Notes: generated by a model from the letters alone, not told the origin. A DNA stretch of 64,000 bases from Calditrichia bacterium (GCA_963796965.1 CAWCNS010000008.1:192001-256000), one strand, 5' to 3'; positions 11,482 to 23,815 are shown, counted from the stretch's first letter. Numbers and translations are program-made.

Positions 11482-14400
11482 TTAACGTAATAATATCATC
11501 TTCATTGCCTTAAAATAGTTCGGGGTTTCTAACACATAAAAATAAATTCCGGAACTAACCGCTACGCCCTGCTCATTCCTTCCATCCCATACAACCTGAT
11601 AGCGGCCAGGTTTCTGCGTTTTAGAAACCAGGTTGGCAACTTTCTGCCCTAGTACATTGTAGATATTGAGATCAACGTAATTCGTAATTGGTAACTCGTA
11701 ATTGATTTTGGTGCTGGGATTAAAGGGATTGGGATAGTTAGGCATCAAGGCAAAGCTATCGGGAATTCTGTATTTTTCCGGCATTTCCATGACATAATCG
11801 CTGCCGCCGTAAGCACCCATATCATTGCGTAACCCGCCCCGGGCCGGCCAGAGGGCAAAACCCGGCTTTAACGGATCTTCCAGGTCATTATAGATAGGAT
11901 CCGGATCACCAGAATCGATGCAGGGAGATTTATCCTGCAAAGTAAAATCTCCATTATCGGGATTACTAAACAGCGGATCCTGGCTGATATTGCCCTTCCC
12001 CCATTCATACGTCCCTATTGGCCATTCGGGATAAAAGACATTATCTTCCCCTACAAACCAATTTTCAGAAGATGTATCAATATTGCAATAGTCAATATAA
12101 ATTGGTGTGGATATGGACTCAATGAGTGTACCTGATTCCGGCTGATTATCAAATATAATTGAATTTTTAATAATGAGGTACTCCTCATCATCACCATATC
12201 CACTCACTCTTATCACCGAAGATGATGTATTATTCTGAGAGATTACAATGTTATTCATGATGCAATGTTTATTATAACGCTGATTCAGATAAAACCTGAA
12301 ACTTAAACCAGTATTGTGAATGAATATTGAATTTTCAGTAAGCAGCGTTGACCAGAAAGAAAAAATACTTAGGTCATTTTGTTGGAAACAGCAATGGGAT
12401 ATGGTTACAAAATCCATATCAGATTCAACTGCATTATGCAAATGTACAGCAACCTCATTGTTGACAAACCGAGAATTTAAGATAGTTGGCGTACAATAGT
12501 TGGCAGTTACTGCTCCCGATCCATATGGTTGTTCCATCGATCCAGGCTCTCGGACCTCTCGGATTACACAGTAAGCTAAAGTATCATTATTTCCTGTTTG
12601 ATTAAACCAAATCCCATACCATTTTTTTTGTGGATCAACAGCAGAAAATCGAATAGAATCATTTTCGCTGCCTATTGCTCGTAGTCGAGCTGTAGGTCCT
12701 ACTGTCAGATATAATGGACCGTTAAATTTCAACTCCACACCTGGCTCAATGACTAGGTCATTATTAGATAGTACAACTAAATCATTAATGACAATATAGG
12801 GACTATTCTCTTTGCTCAAGACACCACTGATTTCTCCGCCAATACGTGTACCATATAGTATTTTTGCCAGAACAGGAATGGAATATCGCCCAATCTCGCT
12901 TGTTTCGATGGTCAAATCTGTAGAATAATTCCCAATCTCTATCATGGGAGGCGTAAACTGAATTCTGAAACTATCAATTCGCCCTGATCTCAATACCAGA
13001 ACATTATCCAAGTCAGGTATATCTAAAAATTTAAAATAGGACGTATTTTCTAAAGATATCCCGCTGATGTTAATATCAGCCATGCTGCCATTCTTAAGAT
13101 ACACAAGCATTTCTGTTTTATCAAAAGTCCTTAATTCACCAAAATCAATCGGATCGGGAGAAACAGTCAATACAATTCCATCAGTTTTTTGTGCATATTC
13201 AGTACCGCCATAAACGCCCAGGTTCCGGCAAAAACCATGGGGAAACGGCTCATCCTCAATCGCATCCTGCGGATCAGCAGCATCGATACAGGGAGATTCA
13301 CCCTTCAATTTAAAATCATTATTGTCAGGATCCTGGAACAGCGGATCTACAGAAATATTCTGATGTCCCCAATGAATAGTACCTTCCGAACGTAAACCGC
13401 TTGGTTCTCTAAATAAAGCTTTGATTAATATTGAATCTATATCATTATAATGGAATTCAATTGTATCGTTTTGAGCCAGTAGTATATAGTGGTTTTCTGG
13501 CAGAGAAATTTTATCTGATGCGTTTGTTATAATTGAATTATACCAGAAAATGGAATTTTTAACCTCCATTTTATTATTTCCTGCTAATTCAAACAAATCA
13601 CTAAATTCAGATAATTGATGATTAACCGCTGATATATTTTGTATTGAGACCGTCGAAAATCTTGTGGATATAATACTGCCGGCATCCCCTGCCGTATTGG
13701 ACTGTAGCACGCAATTTTTCAGGGAAATATCTGAGCCTGTTGAATATATAGCGCCGCCGGTTAAACGGGCATTATTTTGGGAAAACTCTGAATTACTAAA
13801 AACAGGAGATGAATCTCTGATATAAATTGCCCCGCCACCGGTAGCCTGGTTGGCTATAAATTTCGAATTTTCTACTATAGGCGCAGATTCTCTCAGATAA
13901 ATAGCCCCACCGGAAGTCCCCAAATTCAGCTATTATGGTTGAATGTGACAGTCTAAAGTCCGAATTCATTGCATTGATAGTCCCGCCATCTAGAGACTGG
14001 TTATTTTTGAGTATTGAATGGGTAATCATCGCATTCGTATTTTCTAATTGAATTGCACTATTGCTCTGAACATCTGAAATAGCACAATAAGAAAGTATAT
14101 CATCTTCACCACTTGAATAAAAAGTTAATCCTTGCCAGCCTTTATCTGGCCTTGTGGCTGAAAAGTATACCGAGTCTCCTGCAACACCCTGTGCAATTAA
14201 TTGTGCATCTGGTCCTATTTCAAAGGAACAACCATGTTCAGAGAATATTTGTGTTCCTGCTTTTATTAATAATTGTCTCCCTGGAGCAATGGCCAGATTA
14301 TCGACTATATAATAGGGCGATCCTGTCTTATCCCAGACACCTGAAACCTGATTTTCCGTAACTATTGTCCCTGTCTCCCCTCTTCCAAAACCTATTAATG

Positions 14401-15946
14401 GTAAATATTTAAATCTTTTCCTGTTATCAAGTGATAAAATAATTTCCATTTCACCAGAAAATTTGCCCAGGCTATCAGGTTTGCAGAAAAGATCCAGCAC
14501 CAGCTCTTCACCTGGTTCGAGGGCAAGCTGGTCTATATGTTGCGTTAATTGGCCCGCTCCAATTTTGGCAAAAAAATAATCCGGCAAGATTATCTCATCG
14601 ATATAAAGTGTCTTCAGGCCATCATTTAAAAATTTGCATGATATTGCTTCTGAAAGATTATCAATTATCACTGGTTTAAATTTGAACAGTGTATCCGAGA
14701 GCACCAGGTTGGTTTGGCTGTCCAAACCCGGTCGTATATCGATAACGGCGTTATAGATCAATACATCACCATAGGGAATCCCCTCAGGCATATGGTACCA
14801 GGCATCTGTTATGGCTGCTGGTCTGCTATCTCCCCAGCCAAAATTCAAATGATAAAAGTCATCTGTATTATAACCATCGCAAATAAGAGCATGACCCGCC
14901 GTGCTGCCTATTATAGAGAGTTGGGCCGGTAATCCTTCCTTCATATTGTCCTTCAACCGGTCATAAAACATTTCATCTGGGGAGGTAAGAGATGCAGTGG
15001 CATAATCCATTTCATTTATAAAGGCCTGGTACACTTGATCATTATAGACGGCTGATCCGGATTTATCATACTTAGTATCGGCTATCAATCCTGCTGCAAA
15101 ATTTAATGCAGCCATATTATTAGTATCCAGGGGCAGGTTCTGATCAAATTTGAATTGCAGGGTATCTAGATAGCGATTTAATTGTTTGAAAGATGGAAAA
15201 TCAAGTAAAGTGCTATCCCCATCAATGCTGATATCCGGTGAGGTGTTGGAATAGCGATCATCCGCGCTAAATCTTTTATTGCCAAAATATTGATGATAGT
15301 TAACGATCTGAGCAATAGCTGTGGCTCCACAACCGGTGAGGCAGCGCTGATAATCTGTTGGATCGAGGGGACAGAAATTATTGAAGGGTGCCCCCTGGAT
15401 CCAGGTGGTTTCCACCCAGCCGCCTGTGGTCGTGCTGCCTGCTGGCGGCCACTGTTCTACGACCTGGGAAACGTGTTGATTTTGATCTGAGCTCAGATAT
15501 GTCTGCCATTTTTCATTATTTTTTAGACGAATCTTTTCCGGTAGTTGATCCAAACTTTCCATTCTGGCCTTTAAATCAGAAACGAGCCACTGATAAAAAT
15601 GATTAGCCTTACTCGTATCAGCAGACCAGTTATTACGGTAAGAGTAAGCAATAACAGGTTCCATATCCGTATCAGAGGATAAGATCAGGAATCCAGTAGG
15701 AGCAAGAGAGACAACATAACCTAAGTCCTTGGACTCACTATCTGTAGTTATACCATCAACTGAATTTTTTTTCAATGAGATTTGATTTGTAAGGAAAACC
15801 TGATTAGTGTTCAATCTGGTCTGAATAAAGCGGTTGGAGACGGTTATAAGCTCTTTCTGGGTAACAGGTTTAGAAATGATTTCAGTGGAAAAAAAGATCA
15901 CAAGGAAGACGAGCAAAGTGATACAATATTTAGGAATGCTTCTCAT
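11482..15946 (-). CDS. C10 (streptopain-like) cysteine protease with propeptide, beta-helix/Ig-like domains and T9SS-type CTD; frameshift near 13920-13935
   Basis: W-Q--PFN--CP, TGCGATAIAQI (catalytic Cys), GHALICDGY (His), YHLNFGWG; C-terminal NYPNPFNPST...SGIYFY; ORFs 13796-15946 and 11482-13923 overlap. Confidence 0.8.
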
Positions 15947-16107
15947 ACAAGCTTATATCCTTGTACAAAAAATAACCTCAACTGATTATATTGTATATAC
16001 TTATATATGAAGCGAAATGCAAGATATTCCAATTATCATTTATGTCCAGCAAAAAAAATAATTAAAATTCTTTGTGTCCTTTGTGGTTGTCTTTTATCTT
16101 TTCATAA

Positions 16108-16548
16108 CTAGTGTTTGGGATAAATGATAAATAGAACCAGATCTTCAGAGCCAGATTGATGGAGACTATGGGAGGTTCCGGGGCGGGTTAGAATTGCCGT
16201 GCCCGCTTTAACATTGGACAGATTACCATCCATGTTTAGCTCCCCCTCCCCGCTGAGAATATAGTAAATCTCATCATTCTCCTGAAGGTGGTAACCGATA
16301 GAAGAGCCGGGATGCAGGATCCTTTTTTTAAAAACAAAATCCATATCCGGTACATTTTTGAAAAAGGAAAATCCCGTTGTTTCTCCCCCGCCATCATGGG
16401 GCCCGGGTTGGGTTGCAGCAATATCGGCATCATGCTCAATGATATAACTGAGTTTTGATTGATTTTTGGACTTCTGTTCGTTTGGATTCATCGCTTGGCT
16501 CACGTTAAATAGTAATAAGGATAGAATAAGAATGGATCGTATTTGCAT
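16108..16548 (-). CDS. Cupin domain protein with signal peptide
   Basis: GSSIGYH...DEIYYILSGEG...PGTSHSL cupin motifs. Confidence 0.85.
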   Translation of the reverse strand: MQIRSILILSLLLFNVSQAMNPNEQKSKNQSKLSYIIEHDADIAATQPGPHDGGGETTGFSFFKNVPDMDFVFKKRILHPGSSIGYHLQENDEIYYILSGEGELNMDGNLSNVKAGTAILTRPGTSHSLHQSGSEDLVLFIIYPKH

Positions 16549-16713
16549 TATAACCTCTGTTTTCTAAGATAACGCAATACTTATTTGGTTAAACCAGAGA
16601 AAAAATGGTTCACGAAGATGCACGAAGATTATTAAATATAAATATTCTTCGTGATACTTCGCGACTGCTTCGTGGCTTTCGTGATACAAAATGAAATTAT
16701 ATGAATTGATAGA

Positions 16714-17679
16714 TTAGCTGCCCTCGTAAGCAGCCGCGATCAATTCCCGGATAGTCGTTTGGGCCAATCCAACCACGGTATCTGCGGCACCATAATATAC
16801 TTTGACCTCGCTGTCCAGATCCGCAAAACCCTGCTCATCGACATCTTCTACAATCATACCACTGGGAAAACAAACATTAGGCACCTGGCCGGTGAATTCA
16901 TACAATTCTCTTGGTTCGAGGATATTATATTTGCTACGTGCTAATACTTTTGAAGGATCTTCCAGATCTAAAAGGATGACACCTCCCTGGTAGATAATTG
17001 AACTACCAAAATGTTCGGCAATTCCATGGTAAACATGCACCCAACCCTTTTCGGTTTTAACCGGTGGAGGGCCGGAACCAATTCGCTCATCCCAGTAATG
17101 CAAACGCCCATCAATTAATGGTTTAACCTGCTCCCATTTGACCAGATCATCGGAAGCCGAGAGCCAGATGGTACTACCTGAAGTTGCACCACTAGAAACA
17201 GGGGCGGTATTGGGTCTGTCCATGCGCAGATATTTTCCTCCCACTTTTTCCGGGAACAATACACCATTGCGGATATCACCATCAGAAACAATATCAATAA
17301 ACTGGAAAGATTCATAATCATCTGTTTTGGCCAGACCCAGTTGACAACCATCGTCCATGTCCATGGCAAACATGATATAATGCTGATCTTCAATCTTTGT
17401 TAAGCGAGGATCATAACAATGATAAATGGTATCTTTAACCTTTTCAATACCTTCAAAATCTACCCTCTTTTTGGCCACATCAAAATTTATACCATCATCA
17501 CTCCTGGCCATAACCGAGAATGTTTCTCTTCCCCGATTTTGCACCCGCAACATAAGAAGATATTTATCGTTGAATTTAATTGCCCCCGGATTGAATACCG
17601 AAGTCACATCAACCAGATCAGGAGGAATGCCTGGGATATCCAGACGGGTTAATATGGGATTATTGGGATGACGTTTCAT
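16714..17679 (-). CDS. Glycoside hydrolase family 130 (mannoside phosphorylase-like)
   Basis: KRHPNNPIL, SVFNPGA, YDPRL, RNGVLFPEK, GQVPNVCFP, YYGAADT; start revised to ATG at 17679. Confidence 0.9.
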   Translation of the reverse strand: MKRHPNNPILTRLDIPGIPPDLVDVTSVFNPGAIKFNDKYLLMLRVQNRGRETFSVMARSDDGINFDVAKKRVDFEGIEKVKDTIYHCYDPRLTKIEDQHYIMFAMDMDDGCQLGLAKTDDYESFQFIDIVSDGDIRNGVLFPEKVGGKYLRMDRPNTAPVSSGATSGSTIWLSASDDLVKWEQVKPLIDGRLHYWDERIGSGPPPVKTEKGWVHVYHGIAEHFGSSIIYQGGVILLDLEDPSKVLARSKYNILEPRELYEFTGQVPNVCFPSGMIVEDVDEQGFADLDSEVKVYYGAADTVVGLAQTTIRELIAAAYEGS

Positions 17680-17780
17680 ACTCTTTCCTATTTTTATTTT
17701 AAATAAACACAAAGTGCACAAAGAAGGCACAAAGTACACTAAGTTTTTTCCACTAATTCCACAAAAATATTATAAAATTG

Positions 17781-17968
17781 GACCCTGAAACAAGTTCAGG
17801 GTGACGAATTGTCATCCCGAACTCGGTTCGGGATCTACTTATGTACCCTCTGATTATTATCTATTATTGATTTGGAACATATCATTTAATTCATTCTTAA
17901 CTCTCCACTCTCTACGCTTAACGCTCTTTGCTCTTCTCTTTTCTCTGCGGCTTTGCGTCTCTGCGTGA
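17781..17968. repeat. About 190-bp composite repeat, copy 1 (downstream of fucP)
   Basis: Highly similar to 19502-19703 in direct orientation; contains palindromes gaccctgaaacaagttcagggtgac and gtcatcccgaactcggttcgggatct. Confidence 0.8.
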
Positions 17969-17992
17969 AATACAAAAAACAGTAAATCACGA

Positions 17993-19291
17993 TTATCCGG
18001 TCGTAGGTAAATCTTTACGACAAGCAACGGCGCCATAATAGGCAATGACGATAAAACAGGCAAAGGGAACAAAATAAGCCATATTGATACTCTGGGTCAG
18101 ATCTGAAACCTGACCTTGTACTGCCGTCAAAACAGCGCCACCCAGAATCGCCATGATCAATCCTGATCCGCCAATCTTTGTGTCATCACCGAGTCCGCGT
18201 ACAGCAAGACCAAATATGGTTGGGAACATTAAAGACATACATCCGGAGATACCGATCAATGCATAAACACCTACAATTCCTCCTCCAAATATGACAACCA
18301 GTGTACAAAACATTGCTAATCCTGAGAGAAGAGCCAGTAAATTTCCCGCCGTCATAAAGCGCATCAACCAGGTACAGATAAAACGTGAGGCCGTAAATAG
18401 AAATAATGCGGCCAGATAATAACTGGAGGCTTGTTCCTCGTTAAGATCGAGTTCCTGCATGACATAACGGATTGTAAATGACCATACGCCAATTTGTGCC
18501 CCAACATAAAAGAACTGGGCAATAACTCCCCAGCGGTAGTGTACGTTCTTAAAGAGACGTTTGAAGGTTGGAACCAGGTTAAGTGCGCCGGATTCATCCG
18601 AAGCTTTGGGCATTTTTAGAAAGGCAATCATAACCCACAAGACGGCAAGGAATAAGGCAACTGCGACATAGGGACCCATCACCGCTGCTAACTCCTCTGA
18701 TTGAATCTGCTGAAGTTGCCCGGCCCCCATGGCCGCACGCTCATCAGCCGTAGCACTATTCAAATTGGAGAGGATAAACCACTTACTCAGGAATACACCA
18801 AGGATCGAACCGATCGGATTGAATGACTGGGCCAGATTTAAGCGGCGCGTACCGGTTTCTTCCGGTCCCATAGCGATGATATAAGGGTTAGCAGACGTTT
18901 CTAAAATAGACAAACCACCGGCCAGAATATAGAGGGCACCAAGAAAATGTAAATAGTTCATCGTTATACTGGCCGGATAGAACATTAAGGCCCCAAATAC
19001 AAATAAACCGAGACCAAGGAGAACACCTGCCTTATAAGTAAATCGTTTGATAAAGATGGCTGCCGGGAGGGCCAGACAAAAATAAGATCCATAAAATGCC
19101 AATTGGATCCAGGATGTCTGGAAATCGGACATGCTCATTATTTTTTTGAAGGCTGCTAAAAGTGTATCGGTCATGTTGTTGGCCAATCCCCACCAGGCAA
19201 AACAACTGGTTAAGAGAATAAAAGGCCACAATATGTGTTTTGGGACCAGCGCAGTTCCATGGTTCTCATTTTTTACTACGGATTTTACCAT
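17993..19291 (-). CDS. fucP: L-fucose:H+ symporter-family MFS permease
   Basis: WGLANNMTD, AFYGSYF, LETSANPY, RRLNLAQSFNP, MSLMFPTIF, IMAILGGA. Confidence 0.85.
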   Translation of the reverse strand: MVKSVVKNENHGTALVPKHILWPFILLTSCFAWWGLANNMTDTLLAAFKKIMSMSDFQTSWIQLAFYGSYFCLALPAAIFIKRFTYKAGVLLGLGLFVFGALMFYPASITMNYLHFLGALYILAGGLSILETSANPYIIAMGPEETGTRRLNLAQSFNPIGSILGVFLSKWFILSNLNSATADERAAMGAGQLQQIQSEELAAVMGPYVAVALFLAVLWVMIAFLKMPKASDESGALNLVPTFKRLFKNVHYRWGVIAQFFYVGAQIGVWSFTIRYVMQELDLNEEQASSYYLAALFLFTASRFICTWLMRFMTAGNLLALLSGLAMFCTLVVIFGGGIVGVYALIGISGCMSLMFPTIFGLAVRGLGDDTKIGGSGLIMAILGGAVLTAVQGQVSDLTQSINMAYFVPFACFIVIAYYGAVACRKDLPTTG

Positions 19292-19501
19292 CTTTCAAAA
19301 CCTCCTAATAGATCGACGTTTCTACATGTTATTTTCACTATGTTAAGAATCCGGCGGATTAATATAAAAATAAAATTCAATTTGTGCTAATGGATCATTT
19401 TTTCTGCTGAGGGAATTCTTTTTAAACACAAAGTTCGCAAAGATTTATCCACAAAGTCACACAAATATTTGACGAATTTCATGAATATATTAATAGACTG
19501 A

Positions 19502-19703
19502 GACCCTGATACTGAAGTTCAGGGTGACGCGTTGGGTTGTCATCCCGAACTTGGTTCGGAATCTAACTTCTGTACCATCTGATTATTATCATCTATTATT
19601 GATTAGGTACATTTCATTTAATTAAACCTTTTACTCTCCACTCTCAACACTCTACGCTTAACGCTCTTCTCTCTTTTCTCTGCGTCTTGGCGACTCTGCG
19701 AGA
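19502..19703. repeat. About 200-bp composite repeat, copy 2 (upstream of fucP)
   Basis: Direct repeat of 17781-17968 with small indels. Confidence 0.8.
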
Positions 19704-19727
19704 GAAAAAATAGTCGCATATTATTTC

Positions 19728-21172
19728 TTAAAACGACAAAAGACATTGCCAGATGAACATATTTCCAAAGGCTTCATTGTCTTCCCAGATATCCCTCAAG
19801 ATTTTCTCATCACCACGAATTTCGGGAATCTCTTTCACCTTCTCTTCCCAGGGCCGACAAATACCCGGTTTCACTTTGCCGCTGTATGGAACCGGCATCC
19901 CATAGTTTGCTGAGAATTTCATATCCTGACTTGGCTTAATCTGATTCAAATCTTTCAGAGGCTTTGATGATCCTGATGAATATACCCCATAGTCGCGGGT
20001 AAAGTCTGTCAACGCTTTAAGATTCTCAATCTTTGTATCATTTTGCATAATTGCCGAGGCATCCATAATATATCCACCCTCTTTAGCGACACCGTCAATT
20101 ATCTTTTTTGCATAATCACGCACTTCATCTTCCGTTCCATATCCAAGAAGTGCATTTGGGACACCGCCACTCAAACAAAACTTATGTCCCAATTTTTTAT
20201 GGGTTTCAAATATATCACTGTTATCCACATGATAGACGATACTTCTATCAGGTAATTCGGCAAAATTATCCAGGTGATGGATCCAGTCACCTTCAGCATA
20301 AAATAATGTCTGATGTCCTTCTTTCCAAAGTTCTTCAATTATCGGTTTTAAGGTTGGCCAATAATGTGACTTAAATTGATCTGGGGTGACAAAAGGGACA
20401 CCACCGCGGTGCATCCAAAATCCGATCGGGACCTGATGTTCGCCATCTGCTGTAGAAGATGCCACATGGTGGAGATGGGGCATCAGGGCTTCACAGGCCT
20501 TGAGGACCTTATCCGGTTGCAAGGCCAAATCCATGGTTAACCCCATATAGCCACGCAATTTATCACCCAGGATGTCCAGGGGCGCTTTAAATATTCCGGC
20601 TATAGCTGAAACAGTTCCGGATTTTTCCTGAGTTGATCGATTTGGGGTCCAAAAGCATTAAAATAATCAAGCATCGCCATGGCCCCTTTGACAAGGGCGA
20701 GATTGTTCCGATAGGAAGATTTCTCATCCATGGCACTTATTTCTGATGAGACGCGGGGTAACCATACTTCATAAAGAAAGGCGGTCGGATCATCAATCAA
20801 ACGATCATATTCATCTGCTTTCATAAACGATTTATCTTCATCCGGTTCGATATATTGAAACCCGGTCTGGGCAGGAATATTTTTCCCGGGCACCCCATAA
20901 TATTTCAATCCAATCGCCTCTGTCAGCCCTGTCCACACATAGACCATATTAGCGACTACGGCATCCCAATCAAAATCAGCCGCACATTTACGGGCTGCAA
21001 CAAAGGCTTTATTATAATCATGGGTAACTTCCTGGCATGTAAACCCGGCATATTTTGCGGTAAATTCTGCAACGAAAGGTCTGATAGGAATTTTATCAGG
21101 CATTTCGTTATTCATTGCTGTTAAATACCGTCTGAGACGCTCCTCATATCGTTTGGTCATATCAAAATTCAT
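19728..21172 (-). CDS. Uroporphyrinogen decarboxylase/MtaA-family protein, frameshifted near 20600-20630
   Basis: ERL.RY.TAM.NE.PDKIPIRP N-terminus; YWPTLK, LSGGVP..LL..GT.DEV, GGYIMD C-terminus; two ORFs join. Confidence 0.75.
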
Positions 21173-21324
21173 AACGTCCTCTTTACTTTTTTTAAACACA
21201 AAGGACACTAAGGATGCACAAAGTACACAAAGTTTATTCTAAATAATTTTTCTCTGTGTGCTCTGTGATTCCTTTGTGATCTTTGTGTTTGAATAAAAAA
21301 ATGCAGTAAACTAAATTCTATATA

Positions 21325-22701
21325 TCAATTCTGTTGCTGCACCAGCCAATTTCTTGGTTTAACCGGGGCTGGTTTTCGGCCGTAGAAAAAATCATCCATT
21401 TTTAGAGCAAACCAACGGAAAACAGAAGAATTTTTTACCCCAAAACGGATGAAATTATGGAGCAGATTATCAGGATGTGAATAGGGACAGACCGTTATAC
21501 ATCGTCCGCAATCCGTACCTATTTTTGTCCATAATGTGAAGCAGGCTTCCGAATTAATTTGCCACCGTTTAACACCTGCAATATCACCACGGTCAATAAA
21601 TGATATGGCCTGGCTGGGACAGACGTCGGCACATTTTTTACATATTGTGCAAAAATCAATAACTGTGGGATCAGGTTTTCTTACATCAGGAATCAAGGGC
21701 AGATCCGTCGTGACCACGGCAATACGCACTCGGGGTCCTAACTCCGGCGTCATAAGCAGCCCCATTCGCCCGATTTCTCCCAGACCGGCATCACGGGCAA
21801 CCAGAGGACAAACCACACGGTAATTGCCGTCAATATGTGCCCGGGCAGGGTATCCAAGATTGAGAATAAATTCTGCAATTTGAACCGCTATGGTCCCGGA
21901 ATTCAGGTATTGCTGTGAGGATTCCATGATAACCGGCCCACAGGGGGCATGATCCATCATATATTTATCCATCTCAACCGTAATAACGATAGCATATTTA
22001 TGATCGATCTTTACTTTCTTGCCAAAATCAACACCACGTCCGACATGGCTGTAGAGATGATAATCCTTTAACTCGGTAATGCCCACTGATACAGATCCCA
22101 GTTTTAAAGCCCATTCTTTAATAAAAAAAGTAATGTCCTTATCATTTATGGTTATCGGCCTATTCCTATATGGCTTTTTATCCAACCCTGCATGAAAGAA
22201 CTTCACTGTAGTAAAATTTGCTTCAGCAACTGCAAATTGAATGGGATTGAAATGAGCCGACTTATCGTTCATCAATCCGGGATTTTTACGGAATTTATCA
22301 TCAGGGGCTTTTTTATCCGGATTCTCTGCATAATAGTTATCGAACCTCTCACTTCCCTCTTCCAAAAGATTGCGGGAAAACATAATGTCCCGCTCATCAA
22401 TTTTGAATCTGGGGATACCTTCCAACTCTACGGGGTTTCTGGTTGGGATGATTAGAATTAAAACAACAAGAACGCTGACAAAGAGAAATCCAATCTTTAT
22501 AGCTTGCGATATTGGATCAGTCAGAAATGCACTTAAGATAATGAGTAGAGGCAATAGAAGGCCCAAGGATAGTGAGATCTTTGCAGCTCTTATTTCCTTT
22601 TCAATAAATGAAACAATGGCAACATATTGCATTACGCCAAAAACAATAACTCCTCCAATAAAACTAAGCAAGCTAAGCCAGGGCAACTCATTTATATCCA
22701 T
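21325..22701 (-). CDS. Reductive-dehalogenase-like corrinoid/Fe-S protein with N-terminal TM helices
   Basis: DERDIMF, LGYPARAH, AGLGEIGRMG, GPRVR..VVTTDLPL, CTICKKCADVCP and C..CITVCP Fe-S motifs; about three hydrophobic N-terminal helices. Confidence 0.8.
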   Translation of the reverse strand: MDINELPWLSLLSFIGGVIVFGVMQYVAIVSFIEKEIRAAKISLSLGLLLPLLIILSAFLTDPISQAIKIGFLFVSVLVVLILIIPTRNPVELEGIPRFKIDERDIMFSRNLLEEGSERFDNYYAENPDKKAPDDKFRKNPGLMNDKSAHFNPIQFAVAEANFTTVKFFHAGLDKKPYRNRPITINDKDITFFIKEWALKLGSVSVGITELKDYHLYSHVGRGVDFGKKVKIDHKYAIVITVEMDKYMMDHAPCGPVIMESSQQYLNSGTIAVQIAEFILNLGYPARAHIDGNYRVVCPLVARDAGLGEIGRMGLLMTPELGPRVRIAVVTTDLPLIPDVRKPDPTVIDFCTICKKCADVCPSQAISFIDRGDIAGVKRWQINSEACFTLWTKIGTDCGRCITVCPYSHPDNLLHNFIRFGVKNSSVFRWFALKMDDFFYGRKPAPVKPRNWLVQQQN

Positions 22702-23088
22702 ACACCAATATAAAAAAGTTTATAATATTAATCAGGAAAAATCTCATCACTCTATCAAGTAACATACATCTAACAGATCAATGACAGTGAAAGAATAGAT
22801 TGGAAATGATCTGAGAAAGCAGAATGCAGAAAGTAGTGCAAGGAGTAATGACCTAAAATCAAAAATTCAGAAATTTGTTAATATTTTGCCAATTTAATTT
22901 CTAAATACCTGCTCTCGGCTTTCTCTGAGACACATTGCGGCTCTACGTGAGATCTTAATCTCCCCGATAGCAAAATAAGTACTATACGGAAATTTGACTG
23001 GCTATAATGGAAGTTGTAAATTTGTATACATTTTGGGATTGACATCAACCCAATTGTCCAATGATCCTTGATAATTGATCATTGAAAA

Positions 23089-23161
23089 GGGGCTATAGCT
23101 CAGCTGGGAGAGCGCTGCGTTCGCAATGCAGAGGTCAGCGGTTCGATCCCGCTTAACTCCA
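23089..23161 (+). tRNA. tRNA-Ala (anticodon CGC)
   Basis: GGGGCTATAGCTCAGCTGGGAGAGCG...CTGCG-TTCGCAA-TGCAG...GGTTCGATCC; G3:U70 alanine identity pair; CCA not encoded. Confidence 0.95.
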
Positions 23162-23164
23162 CAA

Positions 23165-23261
23165 AGCCAGGTCCCACGCAATGGTTCTTCACCCAACCCC
23201 GTCAGGTCCGGAAGGAAGCAGCGGTCAGTGAATGCATCATGTGCCGTGGATCAACCTGGCT
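23165..23261 (+). ncRNA. ffs: Bacterial small SRP RNA (4.5S)
   Basis: Conserved TCAGGTCCGGAAGGAAGCAGC helix 8; closing stem AGCCAGG/CCTGGCT followed by a T run; upstream of dnaX. Confidence 0.92.
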
Positions 23262-23815
23262 TTTTTTTGAGGGCTATTTCTCGAACACCACAAAGAATTT
23301 TTCCACGAATTACGCTCGTAGGACGAGCCAAGCCAAATTTCGACCAATTTCACGAATTAAAGATATTTTGGTTTATAAAAACTTTTTAAATTTCATCCAT
23401 GGAAACTTGATTAAAAGAACTCTCCCTTGCCGAAGGCATCCCTTCGGGAAAATCCCTCTCTTACAAAGCGAGGGACTTTGAGAATCCCTTCTCGTGAAGA
23501 AGAGAAGGGATTTTTAGATGAGAATTTCTATTATAACATTGATTCTTCTATTAAACTGGACACGTATGATTAGAAATAATAAATAAAGGATGTATATTTC
23601 TAATCAAATATTTCCAGTTTTTTTTGAAATTTGTGAATTGAGATTTTTGTTGTAAGTTCAAATACCTTAAATTTGATTATACCAAAAAAACAAACACAAA
23701 GAACCCAAAGTATTCTCAAAGGGCTCCATACTGATTTTTTTAAATCTCTGTGTTCTCTGAGACTCCTCTGCGTACTCTGTGTTTATATATATTAATTATA
23801 GCACAGATTGAACGC

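Noticed and set aside
21325..22701. Firm assignment as a respiratory RdhA or as queG
   Set aside because: It lacks a Tat signal and rdhB, and sequence inspection alone cannot separate the superfamily branches; left as dehalogenase-like.
23002..23481. Short ORFs 23002-23196, 23126-23389 and 23239-23481
   Set aside because: They overlap the tRNA, SRP RNA and repeats; spurious.
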